The position numbers and the translations under genes were made by a program. 64,000 bases of DNA, taken from Octopus sinensis (Eukaryota). Numbering within the stretch: the first letter of the stretch is position 1; each line of letters begins with the position of its first letter. The notes under the pieces are model-generated. The model did no database searches and had not been told where the DNA came from. It worked only from the letters and a program-made list of their open reading frames with translations. Shown one piece after another: positions 25,135-39,229 of this stretch. Where the stretch lies: NCBI RefSeq assembly GCF_006345805.1, contig NC_042998.1, positions 162,192,001-162,256,000 on the forward strand, in the 5' to 3' direction.

Positions 25135-25372
25135 ATAAGGTCCTTCTTGAGTCATACTGACTCATAAGGCTAGTTTATTGGTTTTGTCTGGTGCTGGATG
25201 GGTTGCCAGTCCATCACAGGATTACTCATTTTTACTAGCTGAATAGATTAAAGCAACATGAAATGAAGTATTTTGCTTAAGGACACAACACAATGCTTGG
25301 TCCCAGGAATTGAAACCACAGTCTTATGATCATGAGCCCAACAACCCTAACCACTAAACCACATGCCTCCAT
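25135..25372 (-). mobile_element. tRNA-derived SINE family E
   Basis: Minus strand: TGGTTTAGTGGTTAGGGTTGTTGGGCTCATGATC...GGTTTCAATTCC, CORE-like GTCCTTAAGCAAAATAC, then AATCCTGTGATGGACTGGCAACCCATCCAG. Confidence 0.75.
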
Positions 25373-26059
25373 ATCCTGAGATAGTACCTCATATGAACAG
25401 GATCTGTTTAAAAACAATATATATCAGAAGTAAATAAAAATTATCCAACAGCTGCTAGTAAGAATGCTAGATGCACATTTCAGCATCACTAGGTCAACAG
25501 TATGCACTCATGGCCAACTACATGCTTAGATGAAATTTTCTACTACCAAGAAAAGAAAACAATGTATAAACAATCACTTGTGTTGCATATAGCTGTCCCA
25601 CTCAATAAAATCTCTGTTATATTCAACAGAAGCAGTATTAGATTAAAATAGCTATCTGTGTATCATACATAATATAAATACATAATGAAAGACAAATTTA
25701 CTGTAGTATTTGTTCTAAAGTAATATCTCTTATGGATGTGTTGTATTCAAAACCACAATATAAATCAGAGGCAAATGAAAATCACTCACTCAGTAGTTGC
25801 TGGTGAAAATGCAAGGTGCATTTATGCCTTACTGGGTGTTCTGACAAGCATAGAAAGTCAGGTTGTTTGGGCTATTTTGACCGTGAACCACAAGGCGTTT
25901 TATTGTATATATGGGTTGCTGTTGTCCAGATGAGCCCTACACAAATAGACATGATAGAAGGCATTCCAGTCTATATTTTTAATGACATTACATACCTTTG
26001 ACTACATTATCCAATATGCCATTGCATTTTTTAAGGCAGTGAGTGTATGTAATTCCGCT

Positions 26060-26193
26060 AAGATTTGTACAAAAATAACTATTTAAATGTTTTGGGCATT
26101 GTAGAAATATAACTGATTTATTGCAGATAAATTTTAACAAGAAAATATTATGTGAACCTCAAGGGCCATATGGACCCTTGTTGAAAACCACTA
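26060..26193 (+). mobile_element. hAT-like MITE right end fragment
   Basis: GATAAATTTTAACAAG...CAAGGGCCATATGGACCC-TGTTGAAAACCACT, homologous to the end at 61560-61629. Confidence 0.65.
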
Positions 26194-27087
26194 ATAAAAT
26201 GTGTCTCCTGTTGGCTTTATAGTCAGGAAGATTTAAGAAAAGATTCACGTGATAGATGTACTCAAAAGCTTTACTGATGTCAAAGAAAGTATCATCTTCC
26301 ACAGATGTTCTCAAAGCCTAGACACTATTGGTGTTCAGTGTCTAGGGTGGGATGTCTACATATCTGTATGGATTACTCCAGGTGTGCATATGAGTGTGTG
26401 TATGGGTGGGAATGCGTGCATACAATACATGCAATTGTATGAATGTAGTTGTGTATTTAAAGATACTTTTGTATGAGTGTGCTATTATAACTACCTAATA
26501 CTAGCATTACTAGCAATGTACAAATTAAACAATGTTAATCACATTCTCTAAACAAATCTATTTGCCTTCACTACCAACCAGTATACAATCTTGTATGTTT
26601 ATTTAGTGATTCTTTCATCACTACTTCAGCAAATACAGTGAACAATAGTTATGTTAGTGTTAACATAGTTAATACAAGGGCATTAAATAACTAATGAGAA
26701 ATAATTGAGCTGGGATGGGGTAAGAACATTATTTAGTCAATGGCAATATAACCTTTAACATTAATCTGCTTATCATGACATTCATGTAATCAAGTTCTGT
26801 GCTTTTAACAATTTTAACTAAAGAACAAAAGATGTAAGAAAAATATTTAGCATAATGAAGCAAGTTTGAGTGTTATGCTTTAAACAACCTCAACAGGGAA
26901 ACTAAACCGAAGGCATAATTAAACTCTTTAGCATAATTAAACAACTTTGGGTGTTACTTTAATTCTTTCATTACCCTACTTCAACAGCAATAACTTTGAA
27001 AATAACAGAGAATTTATCAAAATAACTTGGCCATTATTAAGCTGGTGCTTGGAACATAAATTAACATGAAATTTTGATGGAAGGTTT

Positions 27088-27475
<388 letters not shown>

Positions 27476-27690
27476 AACTAAGACTATTTTAAAACAGAAT
27501 CAGAGACATTTTCAGATGGCTACCAAAGTGCTTAAACAGCTGCACCTATTGAATGAAAGAGTGTTATGCAAGATATTTTGTTAACAGAATTTGCTGTAAG
27601 AGATATATGTGTAGTAGATATATGAGAGGGCGTCTGTTGGTGAAAACAACTGTGATGGGTGAAAGTCCCTTGGATAACGATTGGCTACAT

Positions 27691-27918
27691 TTAACCCTTT
27701 AGCATTCAGGTTAGTATGTCAAATATAATGCTTATTTATTCATGATGTTTCAAATTAGTCAAGCATTATTTCGTAGCTTTGAGATTTTGATGAGGTGATT
27801 GTATATTTTTAAGATGTTATTGTAGAAAAGTTGTGAGAGGCCAGACATGGCCAGTTTGAACATAAAACATGTAGAATATTTGGGCTGGATATGGTCAGTT
27901 TAAATGCCAAAGGTTTAA
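27691..27918 (+). mobile_element. piggyBac-like MITE PB1, intact
   Basis: TTAA-CCCTTTAGCATT ... AATGCCAAAGGT-TTAA, i.e. TIRs plus TTAA TSD. 228 bp inclusive. Confidence 0.8.
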
Positions 27919-29030
27919 TCTTTCAGTAACAATGTGTCAAATTTATAAAAGTATGAAGGATTTTCTATATTAGACAGCTATAATAACATTGCATAACAAA
28001 ATGTTTATATTTTTGTCTTTGGTCAGTAAATGTTATTTCCTGTTTGCTTCTATTTAGAAGTCAAAGGAAATGACTACTATTCCCTTCAAACTCTGCTTTC
28101 ATGACCTGGATATTCAGCGTTTTCAAACTTACCTATATTTTCCATTACATTTCAGACAAATTCAGCACTGAGTTGCTGAAGCAGAAATATCATTATAGCA
28201 AATATTCTGCTCAATATCAGACTTGCATGTTAGTTGCTTGACCTTAACCACTTGAGCATGCTCCTCAGTGGCTAACAATATGTGCATCTCGGAACATAAG
28301 CAGGAGCAGGAGCAGTGGTGTAGCCTCATAGCCATGCATTGAGAGGGATTTTTTGGCATTTGAATAAATGTAACAAAGGCAAAGTTTGAAGGAAATATTA
28401 ACCATTTTCCATACTTTTAAGGGGTGAGCAAATAGGATATAACAGTTGCGACCCAAGGTCAAAAATCGTGTTATGCAGTATAATTGGATGAAGTGTATAT
28501 CTATGTATACCAAGTATTACACTACTGTTATACTTATTTTCATAGATCCTGCAGCCTTTCATAATTTATTGTTGTTGCTATTGGTAATGATAATGATGAT
28601 GACAATGATGGTGATAATGACAGCAACAATGATGATGATGATGATGATATTTAATTTTTCTTTTCTTCCTCATTATGAATATTAATTTCCTATTTTCAGT
28701 CAGACTTTCACTCACCTCATGTTTTCATCTTCTCCCTACCACAAAGTCATTTTATTTATCAATGTTAGAACAACTGCCAAAATATCTTCCAAAGAACTTG
28801 ACCTTAATTAATTATTTGCAATTACTTCTATCGAATATTTATCCAACAAATTATCAGATTGTTATATAGCAATATTTCATAAGGATTATAGTGATTCTAC
28901 CACAGGCCAGTTATCACATATCTGCTGTCATTCCAGAGTAAATATAATGATAGAGAACTACATAGCATTAGAAGAGAATTTTACCATGTTCTTCATCATT
29001 CAATAAAGACCAATTATATATATATATATA

Positions 29031-29444
29031 TAGGCGCAGGAGTGGCTGTGTGGTAAGTAGCTTGCTAACCAACTACATGGTTCCGGGTTCAGTCCCATTA
29101 CGTGGCATCTTGGGCAAGTGTCTTCTGCTATAGCCCCGGGCCGACCAATGCCTTGTGAGTGGATTTGGTAGACGGAAACTGAAAGAAGCCTGTCGTATAT
29201 ATGTATCTATATATATAAGTGTGTGTGTATATGTTTGTGTGTCTGTGTTTGTCCCCCTAGCATTGCTTCACAACCGATGCTGGTGTGTTTACGTCCCCGT
29301 CACTTAGCGGTTCGGCAAAAGAGGCCGATAGAATAAGTACTGGGCTTACAAAGAATAAGCCCCGGGGTCGATTTGCTCGACTAAAGGTGGTGCTCCAGCA
29401 TGGCCGCAGTCAAATGACTGAAACAAGTAAAAGAGTAAAAGAGT
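29031..29444 (+). mobile_element. SINE family A, young-looking copy in (TA)n
   Basis: Full length, many CpGs retained, (TA)n on both sides. Confidence 0.92.
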
Positions 29445-29641
29445 ATATATATATATATATATATATATAGGTTTTTTTCATATTTTTGTTGTTTTCTTTT
29501 ATTGGATTTTTAAAGAAATCCATTTTGGCTTCACTAACATGAACAGGATTGTACTTGAAAACTGAACATCTTGCTGAAATTACTAAATATGATTATATTT
29601 ACTGTTCTTGTTGAGACCTAAATCAGTCTTAATCATGTATA

Positions 29642-29928
29642 TCAGGGTTCTCAACCATTTTTTATCAATGGACCCCTTTGATTAATATTTTGTTCTGGTG
29701 GACTCCAATAGCTAGTCAATATTTAAAAACTAGTTTTATAGTTACTTCTTTCAAAATTCCTATTTTGCTATTCACACATTCACTTGTGTAAGTTGAACTA
29801 TGTGAAATGTTGAAGAAACCTAGCTGTTTCTTGCTATACATACTAATACAAAAATTTTTCAGGGGCCCTTAAAATACTATTGTAGGTCCCCAGTTTACTA
29901 TTTTGTTGTGTGGAGTTAAGAACCACTA
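29642..29928 (+). mobile_element. hAT-like MITE
   Basis: CAGGGTTCTCAACC ... AGTTAAGAACCACTA. Internally homologous to 4506-4873. Confidence 0.7.
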
Positions 29929-30504
29929 ATGCAAACATATGACCAAAGACATTTCAACAAGAATCAGAAATCCTTTGATTGTATTTTTGATTAATTATCC
30001 TACATGTTCTTCCTTTTTAAGATGGTAGGCTGCTGTGATTTTAAGGAAATTTAGCAACTACTTCCAATGGGTCAAAAATTACTTGATGGTTCACTCCTCG
30101 CTAAGTGTATGATTTGAAGATTCAGCTGCAATTTCTTTAAAAATTAATCAACCACACAGAGGCTCTTTCATATGCTCAGTATCTGGTTACTAACTCTGTG
30201 CTCCAAGAATTATATATCCATTTTTATTCACAGTAATGATGATGATAATTACAATGACATTGACATCACTGATAAACCAAGTGCTGTTGTTCTTACTGTT
30301 GTTGTCATTGTCTTCATCCACAAGGCCCAGGATATTGAGGTCAGTACAAGTGGAAATACACAGGAAAACTACAAGAAAATGCAGGACTTCAACATGAGCT
30401 ACTTCAAGTTTCATGCTTGGATAGAGCATTAATCAGACAGGTTTGTATAAAATACTTTGCATGATCCTGCAATAGTTTGGGATAAAATACAAGTCCAGAG
30501 GGAT

Positions 30505-30750
30505 GAAGGCATCTGGCCTAGTAATTAGCTTGTTGCACTCTCAATAGCAAGATCCTGATTTTGATTCCAGGACTGGGCAATGCATTGTTTTCTTGAGCAA
30601 AACATTTCCTTTTACATTGCTTCAATCCATTTGATTGTAAATGAGTAACCCTGTGATGGACTTGTCCCATTCAATGGGAACACTGTGATCTTGTTTACTT
30701 ATATACCATGGAAACAGGGTAACCAGCCCTATGACAGCTAGGCTTGAGAT
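30505..30750 (+). mobile_element. SINE family E, diverged
   Basis: TGGCCTAGTAATTAG head and GTAAATGAGTAACCCTGTGATGGAC domain. Confidence 0.65.
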
Positions 30751-30904
30751 AGTACTTATGTTTTTTACTGGAATGGTGGATTAGAGGAATCTGTCACCTA
30801 GTTTATCACCACCACCTGGTCCTTAAATGTCATTAGCAAAATGCACTTTGTTTAAAGAGTTTATGGCCCTTTTTTCTATGACTAAGCATGGAAAAAAATA
30901 GTAT

Positions 30905-31285
30905 CTTTTGTATTTTACTTGTTTTAGTCATTAGACTATAGCCATGCTGGAGTACCAACTTTAAGGATTTTTAGTCAAATTAATCAATCCCAGTACTTAT
31001 TCTATTGGTTTTCTTTGCTGAACTGTTAAGTTATGAGGACATAAACACACCAACACTGGTTGTCAAGTGGTAGTGGGGAACAAACACAGAGAGATATATA
31101 TGTATATATGTACATATATGACGGGCTTCATTTACTTTACATGTACCAAATTCACTCACAAGGCTTTGGTTGGCTAAAAGGCTATGGCTAAAAACACTTG
31201 CTCAAGGAGCAACACTGTGGGTCTGAACCCAGAACCATGTGGTTGGAAAGTAAACTTTTTACCACACAGCCATGCCTTCACCTAT
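30905..31285 (-). mobile_element. SINE family A
   Basis: Diverged full-length reverse copy. Confidence 0.85.
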
Positions 31286-31438
31286 ATTTACTTCATGTAA
31301 ATATTTTATAAGCACTGTCTTTAACTTGTCCATATCTTCTGTTAAGTATATTATAGAACACTTAATTATGCTCAATATTGACAAAACACGAGATTTTCAA
31401 TACAGGTTACCTATTTCCTTACTTCTAATTGGAGTGTA

Positions 31439-31546
<108 letters not shown>

Positions 31547-32070
31547 CCTTAAGGAGTCATTCTGATTTGGTAATGTGAGAGTGTTGGGTAAAAATGAATA
31601 GCTCTTTTGTATTGTTCATATATAAATAAGTGGGATAAATAGAAGACATTCAGGACTTTGTATGGCTGCAGGGAGATTATTTAGACTATCAGTCTCCCAA
31701 AGGATAAGCTGTCATTAGTACAACAATGATGACAATAATTGTGTTGGTGGTGGAGTTGGTGGTAGTGTGGATGAGGATGATGGTCATGGGGGTGATAAGG
31801 ATGATAGTGACAGTGGTAGTTGTTGTAGTGATGGTGTTAATGGTGATGAAGTGATGATAATGGTCATGGTGGTGAGAAGATGGTGGAGGTGGTAATTGAG
31901 GGGGAAGTGATGGTAGTTTGGGTGGTAGAGGGGACAGTGGTGGCAGCAGCTTGCACAATGAGGATGACAAGGATGATGATGTTTATGTTAGCATAAATTT
32001 TATAATGACAATGATGATATAGGATAGTGTAATAAGAGAATTTCTTGACAGAGACATTATGGTAGCAACT

Positions 32071-32120
32071 CAGTGGTTCCCAGCCTGGGGTCCGCAAAAG
32101 TAGTATTGAGGGTCTGTGAA

Positions 32121-32152
<32 letters not shown>

Positions 32153-32643
32153 ATGTATATAATTAAGAGAAATAACCTCTATTAAGTAATTCAATTGATA
32201 GTGAAAGATATTTTAAAAATCACTAAATTAAATAAACATTAAATTGACCTTTTTTCATGTGCGTTTCATGACTATATCTTTAAATCGATAATAATAAAAT
32301 CGAGACTATTAAAATTAATTCAATTTAAAGTTAATTTGATTTAAAAATATAGCCACTCTTCAGGTCTAAAATAATAAAATAAATGTATGTATCTTAACAT
32401 ATAATAATTAACAAATAAATATAGAAATATACGTATCATAACAATAAGTAATCAAATGAAATGTAACAATATTAATGAAAAATAAAATCATAACTTATCT
32501 TATTGAAGAATACGAGTTAACTGAAATTTTAAACGTTAAACTCAGAACCTAGCATTGCTATATATATATATATACATAAAGATAAGCATATTAAAAGGGG
32601 TCCATGGGAAAATTCATCTAGATAAAAGAGTTGGGAACTACTG
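32071..32643 (+). mobile_element. hAT-like MITE with perfect 8-bp TSD
   Basis: TIRs CAGTGGTTCCCAGCC / AGTTGGGAACTACTG, TSD TAGCAACT at 32063-32070 and 32644-32651, GGGGTCC subterminal motifs. Confidence 0.85.
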
Positions 32644-32683
32644 TAGCAACTGAATACACACATGATGACAATGGTGATATTCA

Positions 32684-33300
32684 TTTCAAATTTTGGCACA
32701 GGGCCAGTAAGTTCATGACAAGGAATAAGTGAATTATATCAAAACCCAGTACTCAGCTAATACTTATTTTATTGACTCCCAAAAGGATGAAGAGCTAAGT
32801 TGACACTGGTAGAATTTGAACTGAGAATGTAGAGACAGGCGAAATGTGACTAAGAATTTTGTCTGGCATGCTAGTGATTCTGTCAGCTCACCACCTGAGA
32901 TGGCAATGGTAATATTGCAAGACCAGAAATTTGGTGGGGGGGGGGGTAGGTTGATTACATTGACCCATGTGTTCAACTAGTACTTATTTTATTGACCCCG
33001 GTAAGGATTAAAGGTAAAGTGGACCTTTGTGGAATTTGAACTCAGAACATGAAGATGGACAAAATAGTAGTAAGCATTTTGGCCAGCATGCTGATGATTT
33101 TGCCAGCTCACTGCTTTATAGTAATTGATAATATTGATTTCATACATAGATATGAGACCAAAAATAATTTATGGAGACAGAACAGTCAGTGATAGCACAT
33201 CCCTAGTACATGACTGATACTTTATTTTATTGGCCCAGGAAAGATGAATGGCATAGTTGACTGCAGCAGTATTTGAACCTAAACATAAAGGGATGCAACA
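32684..33300 (-). mobile_element. Three tandem SINE family B copies (32684-32896, 32913-33114, 33139-33300)
   Basis: Reverse complements of family B (TACTTATTTTATTGAC...GGATGAA...GAATTTGAACT). Confidence 0.8.
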
Positions 33301-33381
33301 AACTACAGTAATGTATTTTGTTCAACACTTTACCATGGTTAATTTTACCATTATAACAAAAAAGGCAAACATAGAGAATTA

Positions 33382-33799
33382 CTAGCATGCCAGGGAAAAT
33401 GTTTAGCTGCATGTCATCCATCTTCATGGTCTGAGATCAAATACCACCAGGGTCAACTTTGCCTCTCATCCTTTCAGGGTCACTAAAATAAGTACCAGAT
33501 GAACACCAGGATCAATGTAATTGACTTAAATGCTGGCCTTGTGCCAAAATTTGAAATCATTATTATAATTATTAGGAAAGTGGTGTGCCGGCAGACCTGT
33601 TACCATGACAGACAGAAATGCTTAGCGACATTTTGTCCATCTTTAAATTCTGAGTTTACATTCCACTGAGGTTGACTTAGTCTTCCATCCTTTTGGGGTC
33701 GATAAAATAAGCACGAGCTTAGGACTGGGGTTGATGTAATCAACTTACCCACTCCCCTGAAATTCCTGGCTTTGCACAAAAATTTGAAATCATTATTAT
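33382..33799 (+). mobile_element. Two tandem SINE family B copies (33382-33572, 33577-33799)
   Basis: Family B domain and ATTTGAAATCATTATT tails. Confidence 0.85.
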
Positions 33800-34959
33800 C
33801 TATAGCTAACATGATACTAATTATAGATTCTAATCAATAAATTATTTGTATTTAAAAAGCGGTTAATTGGCTGATGTCTCTCTAGAATAAATAAATCAAG
33901 TACCAGTAAAGTACTGAAGCTAATTCAAAGAGTTTATGCCTTTCCCTGCAAAACTGGTCTATGCTTGCTTCATCTAAAGAAATCAATATTATAAAATTTT
34001 TTAGTTAAACTATCTCATATTTTATATAATCAGATCAGCTAAAGGACCATCATTCTTAGTTAAATTATCCCCACACTTTACATAATCTGCTCAGCCAAAG
34101 GATTATAGTTCTCTCTCTCCTCTTCTCTCTCTCTGTTTATTTTAATAATGGCTTGTAGAATGATGAACCACACACTCATAACAAATATAAGACTATTTTA
34201 TCATTTATATAGCAAATATTAGAAATCTGTTATGAAAGACATACATATATGTGTGTGTGTGTGTATATATGTATATATATATATATTTATTTATATATGT
34301 GTGTGTTGTTATTTGTCTCTCGCTCTTCTCTCTACCATTATCTTCACTACATCAATAAACCAGATCGTTCCATTTTATCCACTGTATCAAATTTGCAACC
34401 CAAAATATCTATAAATGAGAATACAATCATGGCTAATCAATCTTATCTGGCTGCATTTAATCATTGAGTCTATCTGTAATATGTCTAATGAAAACTGGGC
34501 AAGTTGCCAAAAATGAAAATATAAAAAAAACAACTTTGCTCTTTGACATAATAGAAAATTCTATAACATCAGGTCTAAACCAAAGAATTGGCAGTGTTTA
34601 ATCAGAACTGAAAATCACAGCCATTTCAGAAGATTTACCCTATCATAAACAAATCAGTATTAACTACAAGTATGTTATAGAAATCCACCAACACCCCACC
34701 TCTCCAGAGCATTGATCCCTTGAGAAAGAAAGCCATTTTGTTACCCCACTGGAATGTATCTACTGATCTATCACTGTAATCCTCACCCTACAAACCTCCA
34801 TGTGCAGTGTATATGGAATTAAATAAATCTTTCTTTATGAACAGATCTGCAAGTTGACTGTAAAGCAAGACTAAGCTGTAATGAATTTTAATCACCTGAT
34901 AAATACTTTGTTGATGAGAACTGGACAAGTTACACACACACACACGTACATATACACAC

Positions 34960-34991
<32 letters not shown>

Positions 34992-36589
34992 GCATACATG
35001 CACACACACACACACATATATGTGCATACATATATACATGCATAAATATATATATCAATAGATAAGTGTGTGTGTGTACATAAAAACTCCTCCTTTCCCT
35101 CCACCTCCACCTCATCATTTTACCATGTGTTCTCCATGCTCACATAGATCAACCAGGTTTTCAGCTACTAATTTACATGTTGAAGAGTAAATTCTATTAT
35201 CTGTGGCAGACCTACACATCCCTTGCCAGCCAACCTAGAAAATTGGTCTTTGACTGGTGATTATATGTGCATTTGGTTGTGTGTGTCTGTACATGCATGC
35301 AAGTTATTATTTATGCTTTCTATACATATATATGAGTGTATGAGATTATGTTTTATAACTCCTGATAGATATCTGTTTTTTTCTTATGAAGAAAAACTTT
35401 CATGGTTAAAATTTAATTGAAGCTTCTTCAGGGGATAGTATAGAAAGAATGGGAAAGAAAATTATAACGGCCTATCTGAGTTAGCCAGTGATCTACACTG
35501 AACAGCAGAAATTTTTGAAATATGCTTTCAGTCAGTTTAAATGTAAATCAACTTATAAAAGAAATCAGTGTTTCCTCAAAATTTTAATAAAAACTTGAGC
35601 TTATTGTTTTAATTATTTAATGATGAAAATCTCAATAAAGTCATTAAATAGAATTTAGACCTAATTATTTTATTAAAATTTTTTTTTAAACTGACAGCCT
35701 AATCTTATATATACATATTGACTTCATCATTTTTTTCCTTGAAGTGAATCTGTAAACAACTCATGAACTGTGAACAAATTCACTTAGAACCAAGACAGGA
35801 TTACTTCTGCAAACAAGTCACCAAATAAAGAAAATCTATACAACTTTTCTAACCCACACCAACTTGGAAACAAGACCTAACACATCATCATCATAAATTA
35901 ATGTCCATTTCCCATGCTGGCAAATAAGTGAGATATATGCTACTTTGGGATTTATTAAAATTTTTTTCTCTTCCGTAGAATTCAGACTGGTCCCTAACAA
36001 AACAATGAGCCTCTTTTAATCAAGTCATGCTAGCTCTTGTGGTTTGTAGCTATCTGAATTGAATGAGGTATGCATATAAGTATAAGTGTGCTGTGTATGT
36101 GAGTGCATGTGGATAAACCTATACTCAAGTAGTTGGTGAACATATGTTAGTACACAACTGTGTGCATGCTTCATTACTTGTTATAAAGTAAGATGAATAA
36201 TATTGTACTCAGAATATAACTTTACAAAACGAACGAACTAAATATTACAACAATTTGAAACTGAAGTGTAAAGTGGTGAATTCTAATTTCAGTTTACCCC
36301 TGATGCAAAGTAAATTGTTTGTACCACAGTAAGTGTGCTAAGGCAAAAAGAGCTAATCCATAACAATGAGCCAATATATATCTATGTCACCTGGTAGAGT
36401 CCATTATGTGTTTTTCTCCAAATGAATTAACATGAGCTTAAATAATTAACATCACATAATCAAATTGTGTCCACAGATTGGATGACAATAAACAATGTTT
36501 TGTGTTGAGACAACTGGGGTTGTCTCATTACTATTTATGTATGTGTATGCATGTGTATTCCATATGTATATATTGATTGTGTGCCTGTG

Positions 36590-37205
36590 TACCTAGAAGT
36601 CTCTCACAGAATCTTTGAAATTTAAAATTTTTCTTTGTACCTCTCATAGATTGTATTTGAAGAATGCAAATCAACCTGCTTTGTTCTTTTTTGGAGAACT
36701 CCAGTGTTTTTAGGTTTTTTTTATGCAGATCTGTTGTTACATAGTCCAGTGAATCTATGATAATAAGGAGAAATGAAAATCTATAACCTGAATATAAGAA
36801 CTGTTGGTTTCTCATTGGTTCACCATAGAAGTTTTCATTTTAAAAAATTTTTGATGAGATGTTCACATCCACTAAGCTGTTCCCTGACCAGTTACAGCAA
36901 TGACCGGCCTATTGTGCTAACATTAAATTGTTGTTTTCATTGGAATGTTCTACTAGTGTTCTTTATTCTTAAAATTATGGATATTTTCTGCTTCTGGTGT
37001 GCCTTTAGTTATGGCTGTCAGGACAGTCCTTCCTGCATTGTAGACTGCTGTATTGACAGTGTCATGTCTCAAATGATGGTACTATCTTGTGAATAATTTT
37101 GAATGTTGCTGTTGATATGGGAGATATCTTCTATCTTGGTATGTTTAAAATTGACACTTTTCAATGCTGTGTGGAGGTCTAGAAGCACTCTAATAATTCT
37201 CATTC
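36590..37205 (-). pseudogene. RLE-type non-LTR retrotransposon 3' relic (zinc-knuckle remnant + RHD + restriction-like endonuclease)
   Basis: Minus strand, with frameshifts: IEDISHI / YHHLRHDTVNTAVYN / EH**NIPMKTT..HNRPVIAV / VDVNISSKI / FYGEPMRNQQFLYSGYRFSFLLIIIDSLDYV..LKTLEF..LICILQIQSMRGT. Homologous to 5670-6045. Confidence 0.8.
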
Positions 37206-37224
37206 TGGCCAATAAAATTATATT

Positions 37225-38090
37225 GTGATATTCCTGTTTGGCCAATTTAATTATATTGGCCAAAGAGGAATATCACTCCATCAAAGAACTACTCTCCACA
37301 AAAAACAAATCCGCCACCAACAATACAGACAGATACAGGTTAGTGAACACATAGAAAGGTGTGCTAGGAATCTTAATCCTAATTTCCTAATTTTCCCCTT
37401 CGATCAATGTTCACAGAACACCTCAGTACAACAAAGAATGAATAAAAAGGCAACTTTCATCAATAAATATCTTCCCCAACTCAATATGAACACATAACAT
37501 AATACAGAACACTACTAACCTTTCAATTAATACCACTAACCTCCATACATCCCATACACCATTCACATTATAGATCTATATCTACCCTAATTGCACCAAA
37601 TCCAGAACTACTTACCTCCCTTATACATAATCATTTTACTCAGGACTAGTATACTTGACACCGTTCATTAATCGGTGTGCATTCAAAGCAATGATTAGTA
37701 AATTCACGAAACGAGTATGCTTTTGAATCTCTTTAACAATTCACAATAATGACTTTTATTACTTTTATTCCTACTTCAGTTCATCTAATTATATATATCT
37801 ATTGTTACTTTTCATAAAAAGCCTTTACTTCTTTTGATTTCCAATGTGCTTTTTGCTTATTTTTCTTCTTACTTTCCCCTTACATTTCCACGTGTAGTTT
37901 CTATTTTCTTTTTTGTAACATATTTCTATTATATATGTAAGTATTCGTATGTTATATGTATATATATGTGTATTTATGTTACTTTCTGCATATATTCCAC
38001 TGATGAGGCAAAGCTTTTCTTATACAAAACCAGAAATCCGGGATGTGGAATTATCCAGTAATTTTTTGCTAGTTTATTTTGTCTTTTTGT
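37225..38090 (+). mobile_element. Penelope-like element 3' portion: GIY-YIG endonuclease relic, 3' UTR and pLTR-like end
   Basis: ORF 37225-37497 contains YIGQ(R/T)GISLHQRTTLH..QIRH....VSEH...F.......R..K..FI..Y.PQLN, the GIY-YIG layout of PLEs. A hammerhead-like motif follows at 37994-38051. Confidence 0.8.
37994..38051 (+). ncRNA. Degenerate minimal hammerhead-ribozyme-like motif (PLE pLTR type)
   Basis: ATTCCA-CTGATGA-GG...CCA-GAAAT-CCGGG-AT-G-TGGAAT. Stem I is a perfect 6 bp and the CUGAUGA/GAAA cores are present, but G sits at the cleavage position and stem II is poor. Confidence 0.45.
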
Positions 38091-38882
38091 CTTCTCTCCT
38101 GGAGCTGTATGAACATTTGATGTGGTTTTAGAATCAGGTTTTGGCTGCTATATCCAGCGTGGAGGTATTTCTTAGATACCCTAAATTATAATTTTATATA
38201 TATGTGTGTGCGTGTGTGTATGTGTGTGTGTACATTCTCTGTTATATTACTTTGAGAGGGTCAGTCTGCCAATGATAACATAAAGAGTGGCAATTGTTTG
38301 CTGCTTTAGTAATTGATTATATCATACATGCCTTTCTACACCACTATAATCATTACAGTGCCTTCACCAAGATTTCTTTGGATGTCAGGTACTTATAAAT
38401 CAAAGAAGGTACTGAGTCAATGTGTCTATATGTAACAAGTATGTGTGTGTATGTATACACACGCACACACACACACATATAGTAGAGAGACAGACAGACA
38501 GACAGACCTACAGAGGAACCAGCTACTGAAATCAACAGACTTACCAATTACTGAATCAAACTTCTCGATTCCAAGCTTCAGTAACATACCTTACTCTCAT
38601 TCTTCATTCCATGACAATAGTATTTCCCAAGAGAAAGACTCTTTAAGTAATGGCAATAGTGGATTCATTTCACAAAGCTTTGCCATACCTATTGCCCATA
38701 TTGATGAATTTTGTCATTCAAACAGAACATCAAACCACCCGAAAGATTAAATTTGTCACTTTATTATTGTGCTAAATTGTATAAGCATGAAATCTAATTT
38801 AAAATTACTATCATACGATTGTTGTTCCCTTTTGATAATTTTACCATGTCATACTTTATTGTTTTACGTAAAGAAAGAGTAG

Positions 38883-38913
<31 letters not shown>

Positions 38914-38929
38914 CCTCTGTATGTATATA

Positions 38930-39225
38930 AGCATTGCTTAATGGTTAGGGTACTTGACTTATGATTGTCAGGTTGTGGGTTCAATTCCTGGCAGCACTTT
39001 ATGTCCATGAGTAAGGTACTTTATTTCAAGTTACTCCAGTCTACTCAGCTGGCAAAAATTGGTTGTACTAGTAATTCAAAGAGCCAACCTTGTCACATCC
39101 TGTATCACACTGTATCTCCCTAAGAACTACATTAAGGTGTGTGTATCTCTGGAGTGCTCAGCCATTTTCAAGCCTTGCTGTTGATCAGATCAACTGGAAC
39201 CGCAAAGTGCTGTCATCATAACAGA
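38930..39225 (+). mobile_element. tRNA-derived SINE family D
   Basis: TGGTTAGGGTACTTGAC...GGGTTCAATTCCTGG head, GAGAACTAC-TTAAGG and GATCAACTGGAAC 3' region. Homologous to 58612-58920. Confidence 0.8.
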
Positions 39226-39229
39226 CATA

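Noticed and set aside
31689-32030. Pro/His/Thr-rich ORF
   Set aside because: It is a degenerate GAT/GGT trinucleotide tract.
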